DNA from: Podarcis tiliguerta
Taxonomy: Eukaryota
NCBI GenBank assembly: GCA_965153285.1
Contig: OZ229111.1
Length of the DNA stretch: 64,000 bases
Reading direction: 5' to 3' (one strand)
The notes under the pieces were generated by a model. The model was not told the origin of the DNA, did no database searches, and was given only the letters and a program-made list of their open reading frames with translations. A program made the translations under genes and the position numbers. Of this stretch, positions 14,349 through 27,510 are shown piece by piece. Position 1 is the first letter of the stretch, and every line of letters starts with the position of its first letter.

Positions 14349-14429
14349 CTGCAGGTCAAAGAACTTGCTGTACCGTCGGTAAATTGCTTCAGTGGCGCCA
14401 TTGGACCAGGTGACTTTAATAATGTATAC
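14349..14429 (-). CDS. SH3PXD2B: SH3PXD2B second coding exon, PX domain ([27 protein letters not shown])
   Basis: ccccacag acceptor, GTAAG donor, 81 nt phase 0/0; PX-domain [12 protein letters not shown] motif. Exon 3 was not found in 1-14348, so it presumably lies outside the window. Confidence 0.95.
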
Positions 14430-16486
14430 CTGTGGGGAAGAAGAAAGACACTTTAGGGAACTCGGATCACATCAAAATGCTGTTACAATGCTTCCATAGT
14501 CCATTAAAGAGATACTTTAATTAATCCTTAGAAGATTATCATTGTCTGGGCAGCTATTCAGAAAGGGCAGTAGCTGGGGGTGGTTTTTTTGCATCATTTA
14601 TATGCAAACTTTTTTTGTATTGAAAGGGTCCGTTTTAATGAAAGCCCATTTAACTCACCTTTCTTGCCCTTTTAAAAGATTTATCTGTAATCCCCATAAC
14701 TGTGATTTTCAAAATTAACCCACAAGAAGCCCAAGTGAGGTCAGAAAGCATTAACTGTCATTCACGCATTCCTCAAATGTAGAGCTGCTGTGTTTTAACT
14801 GAGGACCAGGACCACACTTTTAACCCTGCTTCCTAAAACAACCATGCATTGTCTACAATAGTCTGTAAGTGAAAACTCAATGCATGAGCTGCTTCACGCA
14901 TGAAGCTGCTCTGCACAATCAGGCCACCCAGCTGTGCAGGTGTCCCGGCTGCATGGAGCCCCTCTAAAAGCAAGCAGAACCTTGCAGGTTTCTTGTTTCT
15001 TTCCAGGCAACCGCACACAATGCAATTTTGTTCCAGGAAAACAGATGTGCTCTCAGGGACAGAGCTAAAAGGCACAGCCCCACTTTACAGTCAATGCACA
15101 GTTGGCGCACAATTGTGTGAACAGGGCTTCCAGTTTGGCTGCATAATGATGCAATAGAACAAATAAGAGCCAGCTATGTGATAACATCTGTAACAGCTAG
15201 GGGAACACTTCCTGGCTTCACTGTGGACTGAGTTTTAAAATAATTGGTGCTCAACAGCAACTGCAGGGAGTACTGTACAATCACTGCTATAGGGTGGGGT
15301 GGGGAGAACGCTTCATCCACGCTGCCCTGGAACCTTCAGGGTTGTGCTCCTGGGAAACATTTTGGTTTGATCTTCCTAATGGATGCTCAAGGTAAATGAA
15401 GCCCCACAATGAAGAACCCTCACATGGGCAAAATTAATGTATCTGACATTGTTTCACAACTGTTTGTTTGCCTGTTTAACACATTTCTATACCGCTTAAT
15501 CATTCCCATTTCTAAGTAGTTGCTTTCATCGATATCTATGACTAGCAGTTTGATATCTTTCATATACATTGTCTGTAGCCACAAATTTGAGTCTTTGGAA
15601 AGGGACAAGAGCACACCTCGCTTCATTATCATCTATATTTGGCTTCCGGTCCCTGCACACAGACTTAAGTAAATTTATCACCAACACTACAATCCCAAAG
15701 GCCCAAGTGCAATGGCAGCACAGAGTGGACAGGGATTAAAAGCATCAGGAATACGCTCCCTGTGAATGTTCTTCAGAGTTAGCTAATTCCCACCCACTTG
15801 CAGAATTTACTGCCCTGGGAAAACTGGTAAATATTTAGAGATCGCAGGCTGTTAGTCTTGGCTGTTGGCCATGCCAAACAACAGCCATATCTCCTCCTGG
15901 GGTTCTGCTGCTGTCACTGCTTTCCTCTGTTTGCTCACCTCTTGGGAAAAAGAGCATGTTGCATCCAATATTTGTTGTGTCTAAGAATCTGAAACCACTT
16001 TACTCAGCCTTGCTAACTATTTAGGGGTAGACTGACTTGGGGCAACAAAGTTTTCCCCACAGTACCATGAATTCACATCCCTGAGAAATAAAAAGTTCCA
16101 GTGCCACAAGGCTTGGTTTCCCAGGCATGAGAGAGCCTTAAAACAAACACTATAAAAGGCACCTTATTTTATATAGAGAAGCAGAATATAAGTTGAGAGT
16201 AAGCAAGGGCCTCAGCAATACAGATTCATAAGACAGTAATGGGCAGCCTCAAACCCTCCAGATGCTGTTGCACTAAAACTCCCATAAGCCCTAATCATTG
16301 GCCATGTTGGCTAGGACTGATTTGAACTGTAGTCTAATCTTTAGGGCCACAGGTTCCCCAGCCCTGGTCTAAAGAGAAACATGGACAGCCCATCCTCAAA
16401 GCTATCCCCACTTTCTGCTAGCTCCTGCCAGAAACCTTCCTCACTCCACCTCTTCCAAACCGCAAACAGCAGCTTTTCCTCCTCTC

Positions 16487-16521
<35 letters not shown>

Positions 16522-18562
16522 CTGTCATCCACTCCCTTCAGTTAACAAGAAATCACCCTCTCCAAGCCCTGATGGTCACAGGGAAGTTCCTGATGATCAG
16601 GAAGCCATCTCCTAATTATTAGCCTCCATGGCAACAAAGAAACATCAATAGTTCATCCTGGACTATTAACCAGCATTCTGACCAACAGAGGCATATACCA
16701 CTATGTTTCTCTCTGATAAAGCTTCTCTGTATATTTTGTGAAAATACATCTTAAATGATAACTTTATTCCATCTCAAAGCTTTTGTTACTGGTTGAGCTT
16801 ACCTATGCAGGTCACTCCCACCTCAGACAGGGTCACAAAAATGGAACCTCTACTGGGAGCCTGCAGCTTATTTCATTCTTTCCTTTTGCTCTCCTCCCCC
16901 TGAAGCTGCAATAACAATTCTGGAGTGACTCCCATGTGCAGAAGGACCACCATCTGCTTGGAAGTGGGACCTATAAACTGCACTTGATTACATACTTTTC
17001 TATGGCTGGTATTCCAGTACAGTTACAAGAACAGCTCAACCACTTTTGCTACCTTCTCCACAAATCCCTGAAACATCTCCCCCTGCCCCAATGTACACAC
17101 AACCTTCTGTTTCTGGAGAGCATCCATTCTATTTCCCAAGCTACCCCCATCTCCTCCACTCCTTTCTCTGTTGCACCTACACATTTAACATTAGTCCTGT
17201 TGTAATCAAGTCCCTCTCTATAACTTTTTCTTCTCCTGCTCTCCATTCTTTGCCTTCAATGGCCAAAATCACATACAAAGCTCCCCTTAGCAACAGGTAC
17301 CAGATGCTCCATGCTGTATATTGCTGAATTCCATGTCTGTGTGTGCGCAACAAACACGTATATAAAGAGACTAGGGATGCATCAATTCCCATTTGAAGGA
17401 AAAGAGCACCCCTGAAGAACTGGTCCAGCTTAGCCCCAATCCTTTACAACCCTAGCAAATATACCATTTCAAAAACCCCAAATAGGAAGTCAAAATTATC
17501 GCTTTTGCAAGATGGATGTGTATTTCTCTCTCACACACACACACTTTTCTCTCCCCCACCCTCCAGTATTGTATTGCAATCTCTTACTTTCCCAGGTTTT
17601 GTTTAACTACTCTGAGCTTTAAATAAAATCAGTCCCCTGTAAGTAGTTTCCACAAATCTGATTAAAGTCTCATGAGAATAGGCTTGAAATACAGGCAGCA
17701 TAAAGAAGGGAAAGCAACAAAGATATACAGGCTTTTCCAGCCCCAGTAGAAGGCTCTCTCCCTCTCTCTCTCTCTCTAGGCAGGCTGCCAAAAGTGATCC
17801 ATTACTGAAATGCTATAGAATGCTTAGCGAGCCAGAACTTCTGGGGGCCAAAGACCTAAATGATGTCATGCTGGCTGCTTTGCGGCAAGCCCTTTTGGTG
17901 AACCAAGTGCATCTTGGGAGTCCTCTAGAGGAAATGGAACACTTTATTAGCCAGAGATTGCCTCTGCATGCTTGATCATACTGCAGAAGGGGACTGTGTG
18001 TCTGATTTGCACATCCCAGGAAGACGTTAAGAAAGAAGGGGAACTTTCCCAGCAACCTTTTAACTAATCATTCCGTGATCAGTATGACTCATGCACACTG
18101 AAATCGTGGATTGGCCCACACACTCACCATTTTGAAAATTTCATATGCATAGTGGGACACTGGAGCTGAATGAGTTAACTAGCAACCTGCTCAAAGCAGC
18201 ATCCAATGCATGACAAGAACACATATACTGCACACCACAAATTTCACCATACTTATGTCCTGCTTATGGGCTTCCCATAAGCATTTCATTGGTTACTGTG
18301 GAAACAGAAGGCTGAACTAGACAGGCCTTTGTCTGATCTAGCCGGGCTCTTCTTACATCTAAAGGAAGGCTCCCCTGTTGAAAACCCAGTGACCTAACTT
18401 CAGATCACCATACCAGTTAATGTGTGGACTGACTCTATGACTTCTAGGTAGAAGGAAAAATCAACTGGCTACGGTAATTTGTAGGGCTTGCTTATCAGTA
18501 AGAATTGGAAATTTGGTAAAAACTATTTCCCCCCTGCTTTTTGGGTCAAGTATCCACTATAG

Positions 18563-18925
18563 GGGACACGGGTGGCGCTGTGGGTAAAAGCCTCAGCGCC
18601 TAGGGCTTGCCGATCGAAAGGTCGGCGGTTCGAATCCCCGCGGCGGGGTGCGCTCCCGTCGTTCGGTCCCAGCGCCTGCCAACCTAGCAGTTCGAAAGCA
18701 CCTCCGGGTGCAAGTAGATAAATAGGGACCGCTTACTAGCGGGAAGGTAAACAGCGTTTCCGTGTGCGGCTCTGGCTCGCCAGAGCAGCGATGTCACGCT
18801 GGCCACATGACCCGGAAGTGTCTCCGGACAGCGCTGGCCCCCGGCCTCTTGAGTGAGATGGGCGCACAACCCTAGAGTCTGTCAAGACTGGCCCGTACGG
18901 GCAGGGGTACCTTTACCTTTACCTT
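18563..18925 (+). mobile_element. Sauria SINE, full length
   Basis: tRNA-like head with A/B boxes (GGTGGCGCTGTGG..GGTTCGAATCC) and (ACCTTT)n tail; 12-bp TSD TATCCACTATAG (18551-18562 / 18926-18937). Confidence 0.92.
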
Positions 18926-21900
18926 TATCCACTATAGAGATGAGTATTCTCGTTACAAAACATTCTCCTTTCTACCCACACCCATTTATACGGATGGGAA
19001 AATGCTGAGGAAATGACCATAGCAAAAGGTCAAAATAGAACAAAGGTACTCCATAAAGTTTTCTTCAAATGGACAACTTAAGTCTGAGCTGTACCAAATA
19101 TTGACCTGTGATCCAAAGAACTGGGCAACAAGTTCTACAGGCCCAAGGGAGCTTCAGGTCCCCATTTCCTTAAATGTCCTGTCTCCTGTCCCATGTTGCA
19201 TGGCAGCTGGCTTTTTTAAATGGAGGGGAGCAATAAGGCATGGATTAAACAAATGCATTTTATCGGGTACAGGTGATCCCTGGGAGACACATCTGAAGTA
19301 GCCCTTCAGATCCCAGTCACCATCTATTCTTCAACAGCTTTATATAGAGCTTGTGTTGGTGTCATATTATTATTAATAATAATTTATTTCATATACTATG
19401 GACAAATGTTTCTGACTCCCAAATGTTGACCAATGCTAAGAACAAAATAATTTACCACCACCAATTATGTCGCTGAAAATTTGAGGAGGAAATAAACAGG
19501 GCTGCATTTTGGGCGTGGAAGTTCTAGTCTTCAAAAGAAATTCCTGGGCTCATCATTCTTTATCTCTTGAACCTAGTAAAAAGCAAAGTAGATCCTACCA
19601 ATCTGAAGTCTACCCACCTGTGCCCTAAATGGCCTGGGACCACATTACCTCTGAAACTGCTCCCATGAGAATCTGCCTGGCACTTGGAGGCCCTGCTCTT
19701 ACACTGGTGCCTTATGTGAATAATATGAAAATTAAAATGTGGTACATTTTCCATGTATATTTCCAGGGGGAAGAATCACTTTCAACAATATAAAATGCTA
19801 CTAGGATTGATCTCCAACATAGATGGGAGGTGGTCTTGCCAATTATGTGTTTAATTTGTGGTTTTATATATAAATTATGCCTGTGCGTTATATTACAAAC
19901 ATTTAAAACATGATGGGCATTTAACCAAGTTGGGTTTTAAGAAGTCTTTGTATTGTCAAGCTTAACCCTCGACTAATTAAAACCTTGCTGCATATGGAGA
20001 AGGAAAATATCCTTCTGGGTGATAAGTCCTGGCTCAAAAGAATATTGTTCCTCACAGATACCTCCTTGTATGATCTCATCTATATAATACAATTCCCTCC
20101 CAATCTTCCATGTCCCTTCACTAGCTGTAGCAACCACATATTGAAGGAAACGGGACTGGAAAAAAATAGCCAAAAGGAAAACTGCCAAGAGTGACAAGCT
20201 GCTAGAGAAATGCAAATGGTATCTGTCCAACTGTAACAGAGCTGTCAGAGAGAGGGGGAAAAAACCCTCAAAGCAACTGAAAAGGGAGAAATAAAACCCA
20301 GCGAGTCACAACCCCCATCTCCACTCTTGAAGCCACATGATTCTTTCAATATGAACTTGCACCAGAAGTCAGGGGGAATTTACCAAGTTCATCAGATGTG
20401 GCATCACTTAGCATTATCAACAGGGGAACCAAGTGCCAGAACCTTTTAGCAAGAGCAGAGCTGGTGGTCTTGAGACGGTAAGAGGAAGACACACCACAGG
20501 AGTCCAACAGGACTAGAGTCTAACCAAAGTTTACATTGAGGGGGTATTGTTTTCTTCTTCAAATACTTTCAGTTTATTGGCAACCACATCCTGCAAAACA
20601 AGTACATTTTAAGTGTGCACAAGTGGGTTTAGAAAATAAAATTTGACTTTATCAGTGACTGGGGGATAAATGCAGGGCAAGCCATGGAAATCGTGGATCA
20701 GGGATCCCATGTTTCATTTGGAAGACAACCCCTCCATTTTCTGCCTATTTAGAGATAGGAAAGCCAGAAGAGTAATGCTCCATCTGTACTCACATTTCTG
20801 AATTTTCATGGTAGCAGCTTTGTGGCATGTTTCAGAACCAGATGTAAGTTTACACAATGCCAGTACTGTTAGATAAGGCACCAGGCCACATCTCATACCT
20901 TCCTATACTACCAAATGATAATCCGATGCTTGGCATGGCTCAGCGCTGAACAACTGCCTAAATCACCCAAAGTCGACATTACAAAGCACCTATTGGGGGG
21001 TGTCTTCAACTCACCTTACAGTCATCGACCTAAACAAAAGAGGATATCATGTAAGCAATTTCTGCACATGCACCAATTCATGAGCCAATATGCCTTCAGA
21101 TGAGTGCTAACTCACAAGTCCAGCCACTTGTAATTCATATAGTGCAGTGGTTTGGTTGTACGTTGCAGGAAATACCAATGTATTTCAATGTAATAGAATC
21201 AGCAATGTTGTGCTGACCAGTCACTGCCCCCAACTAAAAAGCTTACTGCTTGGAGCAGTGCATGCATAATCTTACAAAAGGAGTGTTTTATCTGTCCTCA
21301 TATTTTAAAAATAAAGATTTCAATCACTTACTTTTCTCATCCATCATTCATTACTCGTCTGGCATCACTAGCAAACTCCATTACTAAGACATCCATCAAG
21401 AGCTTATTTCCAATGCATTCATCTACTTGCTAGCATTATTAGAAGAAAAACCGTTAACAGCTACAAAAAGATGTAACCCTTTGTCAGCAGTAGAAGAGGA
21501 AAATGTTCTTAACAATTCCCAATAACACTGGAAGTCTAGCATTGCCAATCTTCTAGTCCAACCACACCAACATATGTCACTTCACACTGGCTCCTAGCTC
21601 ATCTCTAAATTCAGAGCCAGATTAGCACCTCCATTTTGTAAGTTGTGGAGAAGTATGTTGTGGTATCTATACTTCTTTTAACTGTATTCCTGAACCCTGG
21701 CCCCATGTAAGGGTTCCTATAGAAAAGGAACCAGCTTACTGATATTTTTGTAAAGAAGAAAGTGTCTTGTGCTTTATTTACTGTGTTTGAGAGGATTAAG
21801 GGCACAGACATAGGATAACAGGCCTTGTACTCTTAACACACAGCCTTTCCCTTCAAGTCTCAGCAGTTGCATGCACACTGCAAACAAGTGCAACAGTCCT

Positions 21901-21966
21901 CTTTTTGAGGTTGCCACTGAGAAATCCAGGGATTAATCTAGATCAGTTGGAGCCATGGTACTAATT

Positions 21967-22104
21967 CAGGAGTGGGGAACCTTTGGCTCTCTAGATGTTT
22001 CTAAACTACAACTGCCATCAGCGCTGGCAAGCACAGCCAATGGCCAGGGATTATAAGAGTTGTCATTCGGCAACATCTAGAGGACCAAAGGTTCCCCACA
22101 CCTG
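21967..22104. mobile_element. Short palindromic hAT-derived MITE (related copies ~311, ~16240, ~27795, ~29530, ~42760, ~56724, ~58020)
   Basis: TIR CAGGAGTGGGGAACC / GGTTCCCCACACCTG; TSD tactaatt / tactaaat; ACTACAACT core. Confidence 0.7.
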
Positions 22105-22410
22105 TACTAAATAGTTCATTTTTGCCCTCCTCCTCCTCCACACTTACACTCCTCCCAGACTATATCAATATCTGTCTTCAGACTGTTAGGCAACCCAAAG
22201 CAAAAGTTCAGATCCTTGAACACAAAGCTGATCTATCGCTCAAACAGGTGTTGAACCATTCATCAGCCATGAGATGAGAGAAAAGGTTAAGTTCATTATG
22301 AAACACAGATTTGATATCATAACTCCACTAACTAGATGCAACAAGCTCATTTGAAGCAGGTTTCTCCAAAGCCGAGGGGATGTGGGGAGGAGGAAGAAAC
22401 AAAAGTTATA

Positions 22411-22684
22411 CAGTGGTACCTCGCAAGACGAATGCCTCTCAAGACGAAAAACTCACAAGACGAAAGAGTTTTTTGTTTTTTGAGTTGCTTTGCAAGACGA
22501 ATTTCCCTATGGGCTTGCTTCGCAAGACGAAAACGTCTTGCGCCTTTTTCTTAAAACCGTCAATGCATTCCTATGGGAAACCGTCAATGCATTTCCTATG
22601 GGAAACCGTGCTCCGCAAGACGAAAAATTCACAAGACGAAAAAACTCACAGAACGAATTAATTTCGTCTTGTGAGGCACCACTG
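22411..22684. mobile_element. Tc1/mariner-Tigger-type MITE
   Basis: TA TSD; TIR CAGTGGTACCTCGCAAGACGAA / TTCGTCTTGTGAGGCACCACTG; internal reiterated CAAGACGAA motifs. Confidence 0.85.
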
Positions 22685-24714
22685 TATGCAAGTTTAACTC
22701 TGCACTGTTACAGCCACCACAGAGATAAATGAAGACAGAAGCAGATCCTCAAACATCAGATCTTCCAAGCGCTCAAAAAATGAGTAGCAACTGTTACTCA
22801 AGGCCACATCTTCCTCAGCCTTTTCTCAGAACCAGTCTCCCCATTACTGCCCCACAGCTGAAAATACAACTTTCCATAGAATTAAGTTAAGTGCAACTGT
22901 CTGTCTGTCTAGGGGCAGGGGTGGGGAATGCACAGGTCATTTGTAGGTCAGACTATGACACTCTGAAAGTAGGGAGTTTTCCAAAGTCATGAATACTAAG
23001 AAACTGCCTTCAGGGAAGAGAAAGGCAGGTCTGTACTCAAAGTAGTTGAGAAGGCCTAACAGGCCTATTTACGGTTGGCTCCAACCTCACAGAAAGAGCC
23101 TTGTAGGTAGCCAACAGCAAGATGACTCAGCCTCTCCACTTATTGTGTAAAAATAGGTTTGGAGTGTATATAATTAACTGTCTTTGGGAATCTGTCTTGT
23201 TCTTATGTACAGATTCAGGGGCAAACACTGTTCTCTTTCACTTCAACGTTAATCTAGTTCACAGAGTTTCAGAGACAGAAACATGATTTTCTTTAAAATG
23301 TGTTTATTCCTCCAACGAATTGAAGGCATCAGCTTACAACATTTGTCCTCCTTCCACTTTTTAGCAAAGCAACTCCCCAGTGTGGTAGTTTAGGCTGAGA
23401 GACAGTGTGCCTGGCAATGGCCACACAATGAGCTTCATGGCTGAAAGGTTAGTGCAACTACATTGTCCAACTGGGCAACTGGGCACAGAGATGGTTACAG
23501 GCTGCCTGTGTGTACAAACTGGTCTATCACTCTCCATGTGGTCACTGTACGCATGTACAACTGTCCATGATCAAGGGGTGCAGGGAGAGAGAGAGAGAGA
23601 GAGAGAATGGCCTTGCGATTCTTTCCCATTCCAAGCTTTCTCTGAACAATTCTAATTATTGTGCTCTGGAATTGTGCTCTGGAATCACTGGAATGTCACC
23701 AGTGAATAAACAGTGCATGTACCAAAGTAGGAAGATCTCATTGCAGGTGACCTCTTAATTCACAGACAAAGCTTCTTAGATAAGAATATGTTTGGAGATG
23801 TCTTCTATCTGCAGGTAGATGGTATAATCACATCAATTTAAATGTGCAGGTTGTGTGTGTAAAGGTTTCAAAGTCTCTGAAACAAAACACCATAGGATTT
23901 CAGAGACAAAAGGAGACTCCTAAATTGCCCTTTATTTTCACACCTGCCCTTCAAAAGATGGAAATACATGGCAAGCTAAAAAACTATGGATTCCAAAGGA
24001 AATCTCATCCTGTATTTTCATCCACTGGGACGAGTGGAAAGCATATGTGAACATTTAAAAATAGGGTGAAAGACTCCTAGCTCAGGTAGAAGATAAAGAA
24101 CAAAAGTCTAGTCTTGGTGTGTAAAGGTCAGCAGCAGCCAATTTCAAATCAACCACAACACAATATATTCCTGCAAAGGTTGTCAGAGCTGAATTACAGA
24201 ATCATAAGTTCATTCTCTTTTCAAGGGCTAAGAACTTTTAACTGTTAAAGAATCATCTAAGGAATCAAATGAGAGCAAACATATTTGTGGTGGATATTTT
24301 CCATTGCTGGAAGAAGAGGAAGGCTCACAGTTGCCAAGAGGGAAGGCAGCCTTTAATCCTTCACTTAGAGCAGTACTGTAATTTGAAGAGGAATTATGAC
24401 ATCACCAACCATTTTCATGCTACTCCAAAAGGGAGAAGTCAGTATTTTTTCCATCATAAATAACTGGAGGAAGGGCAAGACAGAAAAAAAGATCTGTGTA
24501 AATAACAATGAGCCTCAGGCCTAGTTCACACAATATATTCTTGCTCCGTGCAAACAGTCCCAGGTATGCAGTCAAAGAGCTGAACTTGTCTGAAGGAACT
24601 CATTGGATATATATGGCCAGCAGAAATCTTTGGACAGATCTACATGCTATAAAATAAATATAGGCTCTAGAGCCACCATATCATTATTATCCTTATTTGC
24701 CTTGTAATACTAAT

Positions 24715-25073
24715 AAAGGTAAAGGTACCCCTGCCCGTACGGGCCAGTCTTGACAGACTCTAGGGTTGTGTGCCCATCTCACTCAAAGAGGCCGGGGGCC
24801 AGCGCTGTCCGAAGACACTTCCGGGTCACGTGGCCAGCGTGACATCGCTGCTCTGGCGAGCCAGAGCCGCACACGGAAACGCCGTTTACCTTCCCGCTAG
24901 TAAGCGGTCCCTATTTATCTACTTGCACCCAGGGGTGCTTTCGAACTGCTAGGTTGGCAGGTGCTGGGACCGAACAGCGGGAGCACACCCCGCCGCGGGG
25001 ATTCGAACCGCCGACCTTTCGATCGGCAAGCCCTAGGCACTGAGGCTTTAACCCACAGCACCACCCGCGTCCC
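24715..25073 (-). mobile_element. Sauria SINE, full length
   Basis: Near-identical to the 18563 copy; TSD TTGTAATACTAAT (24702-24714 / 25077-25089). Confidence 0.92.
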
Positions 25074-25240
25074 TTTTTGTAATACTAATGGGGGGGTTCT
25101 CACCTGTAAATACCCCCCCCTGTAATACTAATAGGGGGGGGTTACAGGTGAGAACCAGCACAGAAATATGCTTAACCTTTTCCGTGTTCATCAGTTCTCC
25201 TCTGCAAATGGTTCTCTCTCTCTCTCTCTCTCTCTCTCAC

Positions 25241-25271
<31 letters not shown>

Positions 25272-26051
25272 TTAGTACATTGCCCCCCCAGCAGTGCTGC
25301 CCAATTGGAATCAACACTGATTAAGATTTTTTTTATAATTAAAAAAAAAGTGAGGAAGAAATTTACAGGGCAGAATTCCTATTCCCACCCCAATTTTCCC
25401 ATCGCAAGTGCTGTTTGAGAACACACATTGGCTAGCATGAAGTGTATTTCCCATCTTAATATTTGCTTCTAAAATCCAAAATCACAATTAACCACGCTGA
25501 GGCATCTGGTGAGCAGATGGAAACCAAATGCTTGACTAGATGGATATTTTGGTCTGATCCAAGAGGGCAGTTTGTGTGCAAGCTGATTTTTCATAACACA
25601 CAATCCCAAGTATGCAGGTTACACACAGCAAATGCACTCAGTGGAGACCCACAAATTTGGTTTGGGCCTTGGTAGTCAAGCAAAGATTGGTTGTCAGGAC
25701 CTTCCCCTTAAGAACAATCAGGTGCATTTTCGCACAGGAGTCCCATTGTGTTCACTGGTGCTTACTCCCATAGGGGATTGCAACACAAGTTCCTGACCTC
25801 ACACTGCATCTTACTGGGAGGTTAGGTACAAGCCCCTTTTCCTCCTCCACCTCCAAAACTTTCAGAGCTGGGAAAGGGAACCAAGGAATTAATCTACTCA
25901 AAGGAAGGAGGGAGTGCAAATTACAGAGCTGGTTTCTGCAGTAGCAACCATGGCATTTGAATTGACCAAGATACAAACAACTGCCCAGCCCTACAGTCAG
26001 CTAGAAAGCAGGACTGCCTCATTTAAACAACAACAGGTCGTTAGGGTATGA

Positions 26052-26465
26052 CCGAGTTTTTCAACCAGTGTGCTGTGGCACCCTGGGGTGCCTTGAATGA
26101 TAGTCAGAGGTGCCATGGGCAACACTGGCCTCCATCCCCCTTTCCTTCCCTCCCTGCTATGATGCCCTCTCTTGTCTCTGCCTCCCAAAGGCTTGCACAG
26201 CTGATTGTTGAAGCAGCCCTGGCTATAAGCTCCGTAGGTGAATGGTGCCTCTGGGAGACACCTCTCTTTGGGGCGGGGGTCAGCTCAGAGACAAGGGACG
26301 GCTGAGAGAACACTCCACAAGGGAGGGTGTTCAAAAAAGGGTGAGAGGCTGTCAGCTCTGCAGGCAAGGGGTGACATAACTGGACTCCTGAGCCCCACAG
26401 GAGTGCCACAGAAAGAATGTAATTGGTTAAGGGAGCCGTGGACTCAAAAAGGTTGAAAACTTCTG
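26052..26465. mobile_element. hAT (Charlie-like) MITE
   Basis: Perfect 8-bp TSD GGGTATGA (26044-26051 / 26466-26473); TIR ..GTTTTTCAACC / GGTTGAAAAC.. Confidence 0.8.
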
Positions 26466-27159
26466 GGGTATGATAATCAAATCTTATGTCTATCTGAACT
26501 GAAGAGCTATACCAAACTGATTCACTTCGCCTATCCTTCATTACAGGCAACAATTTTCGTTGATTTTCCTTCTGATTTAAAGGATTGTCTTTTCCCAAAT
26601 GACTCACTTTTTCTCTTATGTGTAAGAGCCTACCATCTTTCCCCCCTTTGATTATGCATTTCCTCCATACTATGATGTCCCAGACAGAACTAGAACACAG
26701 CTAAGAGCATCTCTATCTGTAGTCACTGGCAGATCCTTCCAAAGATTAAAAAAACCTATTCCAGTCAACTCAGGAATGTATTTCAAAGGATGAATGTGGC
26801 CAGCACTATAGCATCATTTGGTGCAAAGGCAGCATTCAGTTTTAAGAAACAAAAGAAATTATCCATAGTGAAGAGTAAAAGCAAGACCTAACTCTGCCCC
26901 AGTCTAATAAGATGCATAAGGTAATGTCATGTTATAAGCAAGGTATTTTAAAAAGCAAGCATTATAAAAAGCAGCAGCGGTCTAGTAGAAGAGGGTTTTA
27001 AATGTGTTTGTGGAAGGGGGTATTGCTTTGTTGTATTTGTTTTAATTATTTCCTGGTGTTTATACCTTGTATTTTTATCCTGTGAACCACCTTGAGATCT
27101 TGTGAGGAAGGGTGGTATACAAATATAATTAATTAATTAATTCATCATCATCATCAATA

Positions 27160-27510
27160 GGGACGCGGGTGGCGCTGTGGGTAAAACCTCAGCGCCTAGG
27201 ACTTGCCGATCGCATGGTCGGTGGTTCAAATCCCCGCGGCGGGGTGCACTCCCGTCGTTCGGTCCCAGCGCCTGCCAACCTTCGAAAGCACCTCCGGGTG
27301 CAAGTAGATAAATAGGGACCGCTTACCAGAGGGAAGGTAAACGGCGTTCCGTGTGCTGCGCTGGCTCGCCAGATGCAGCTTGTCACGCTGGCCACGTGAC
27401 CCGGAAGTGTCTGCGGACAGCGCTGGCTCCCGGCCTATAGAGTGAGATGAGCGCACAACCCTAGAGTCTGGCAAGACTGGCCCGAACGGGCAGGGGTACC
27501 TTTACCTTTA
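27160..27510 (+). mobile_element. Sauria SINE, full length
   Basis: Same family; TSD ATCATCAATA (27150-27159 / 27511-27520), inserted in the tail of an older L2-like remnant. Confidence 0.92.

Noticed and set aside
18563-18650. tRNA-like sequences (also in the other SINE heads)
   Set aside because: tRNA-derived SINE heads, not tRNA genes.
22411-22684. Repeated CAAGACGAA units resembling a CRISPR-like array
   Set aside because: Irregular spacing, bounded by TIRs and a TA TSD: MITE subterminal repeats in a vertebrate genome.
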